From an uncultured Gammaproteobacteria bacterium (GTDB lineage: Bacteria; Patescibacteriota; Patescibacteriia; UBA9934), in assembly GCA_964552565.1 (NCBI GenBank), contig CAZKGL010000001.1, forward strand, positions 499,061 to 563,060: 64,000 bases of DNA, written 5' to 3'. Position numbers and translations under genes: made by a program. The notes under the pieces were generated by a model, which saw only the letters and a program-made list of their open reading frames with translations, was not told the origin of the DNA and searched no databases. This document shows, in pieces, positions 63,552 through 64,000 of the stretch. Numbering within the stretch: position 1 is the first letter of the stretch; each line of letters opens with the position of its first letter.

Positions 63552-64000
63552 TTATTTCTCTGCCCGAGCAAGCAATCCCGTCGAAAGAATCCTTCCAAAC
63601 ACTTCATCTTTGCTGCCCTCCGCATTCACGGTGTGCCAGCGCGTCGAGAAGCGGTCGTGCCGGCCGAGATACTCGTAGCCAAGGCGACAGCGCGCAAAAA
63701 ACTCGGGCGGGAACTTTTCAAACTTATCGCCGGCGGCGTCAAACGTGCGCGCCATCGCAACCGCGGGGTCGAGGTCGAGGTACACGACGGCGTCCGGAAG
63801 GTACTGCCCGACCGCGGGTTCGTTGATGCGCCAAATCGCATCAAACCCGAGCTGGTGGCCGAAGCCCTGCCACGCGACACTCGTCAGGAAGCTGCGGTCC
63901 GCCACAACAATGCCGCCGCGCTCAAGCACGGGCGCGACAACGGAGCGGAGCGACTGCGCCCGGGCAGCAGCGAAGAGGTACGTTTCGCACACCGGGTCCA
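63552..64000 (-). CDS. tmk: thymidylate kinase, C-terminal part (gene continues beyond window)
   Basis: LID/DRxxxx region and C-terminal Tmk-like helices (..VVADRSFLTSVAWQG..). Confidence 0.6.
   Translation of the reverse strand, partial: DPVCETYLFAAARAQSLRSVVAPVLERGGIVVADRSFLTSVAWQGFGHQLGFDAIWRINEPAVGQYLPDAVVYLDLDPAVAMARTFDAAGDKFEKFPPEFFARCRLGYEYLGRHDRFSTRWHTVNAEGSKDEVFGRILSTGLLARAEK

Noticed and set aside
1-64000. CRISPR array or rRNA operon
   Set aside because: No regularly spaced direct repeats with unique spacers and no rRNA-like conserved stretches were seen. The only short high-copy repeats are palindromic REPs.

Overview
This 64-kb window comes from a high-G+C bacterial genome, with a visibly lower-G+C accessory block in the middle.

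Both strands are densely coded. Many of the long ORFs in the six-frame track are GC-driven antisense artefacts and were discarded. The gene content is a minimal housekeeping set, many small membrane-anchored hypotheticals, RmlBCD/LCP/GerMN/GT-C envelope genes and a competence-like type IV pilus. That is compatible with a small-genome Gram-positive-type lineage such as Patescibacteria/CPR, but this is inference only.

Core genes present are folD (5' partial), dnaB, ybaB, recR, gmk, rmlD-rmlC-rmlB, NUDIX and HIT hydrolases, a CDP-alcohol phosphatidyltransferase, a GT-C glycosyltransferase, hup, HtrA, msrB, cls, an SPFH protein, a pilB-pilC-minor pilin operon with a divergent major pilin, tRNA-Tyr, tRNA-Thr, tRNA-Trp, an ABC-2 exporter, ppa and tmk (partial).

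Accessory and unusual content:
- **Defense island (29.75-39.65 kb):** a roughly 10-kb lower-G+C block. From high to low coordinates on the minus strand it carries a DUF45 metallohydrolase, a MazG-like NTP pyrophosphatase, an NYN nuclease, a very acidic 141-aa protein, a HARE-HTH::PD-(D/E)XK nuclease, and a type III R-M operon whose Mod and Res genes are separated by two tightly coupled small ORFs (one with a TM helix). These are followed by a 74-aa ORF, a Cas4-like Fe-S PD-(D/E)XK nuclease paired with a HigA-family antitoxin (no HigB), and TspO.
- **Ranthipeptide-like RiPP cluster (54.39-51.7 kb, minus strand):** a complete, cleanly delimited minus-strand operon. It runs consensus sigma-70 promoter, then a 36-aa Cys-rich precursor (MKVLVLSRSARTKVLGSVPKPGRDFVDCCFTSCTRC), then an attenuator hairpin, then an RRE/radical-SAM/SPASM maturase, then an HExxH protein, then a 90-aa ORF. 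Amidohydrolase, cupredoxin lipoprotein and DUF2231 genes lie co-directionally downstream.
- **REPtron:** an IS200/RAYT-type Y1 transposase flanked by 28-nt perfect-palindrome REPs, plus a third orphan REP 31 kb away.
- **Two further repeat families:** family A is a roughly 90-150-nt element with CCGGGTGACGCC...GGCAGGACCCGG termini, in 3 copies, one inserted in frame in a membrane-protein ORF. Family B is a roughly 75-nt palindrome sitting exactly between convergent stop codons.
- **Low-G+C islet (54.44-56.29 kb):** it abuts the 3' end of tRNA-Trp and carries a GIY-YIG nuclease, a VOC protein and an NTF2-like protein.

No rRNA and no CRISPR array were seen. Coordinates derived by reading the raw sequence (repeats, tRNAs, promoters) are good to about +/-2 nt. 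CDS starts other than the track start were computed arithmetically from internal Met positions.
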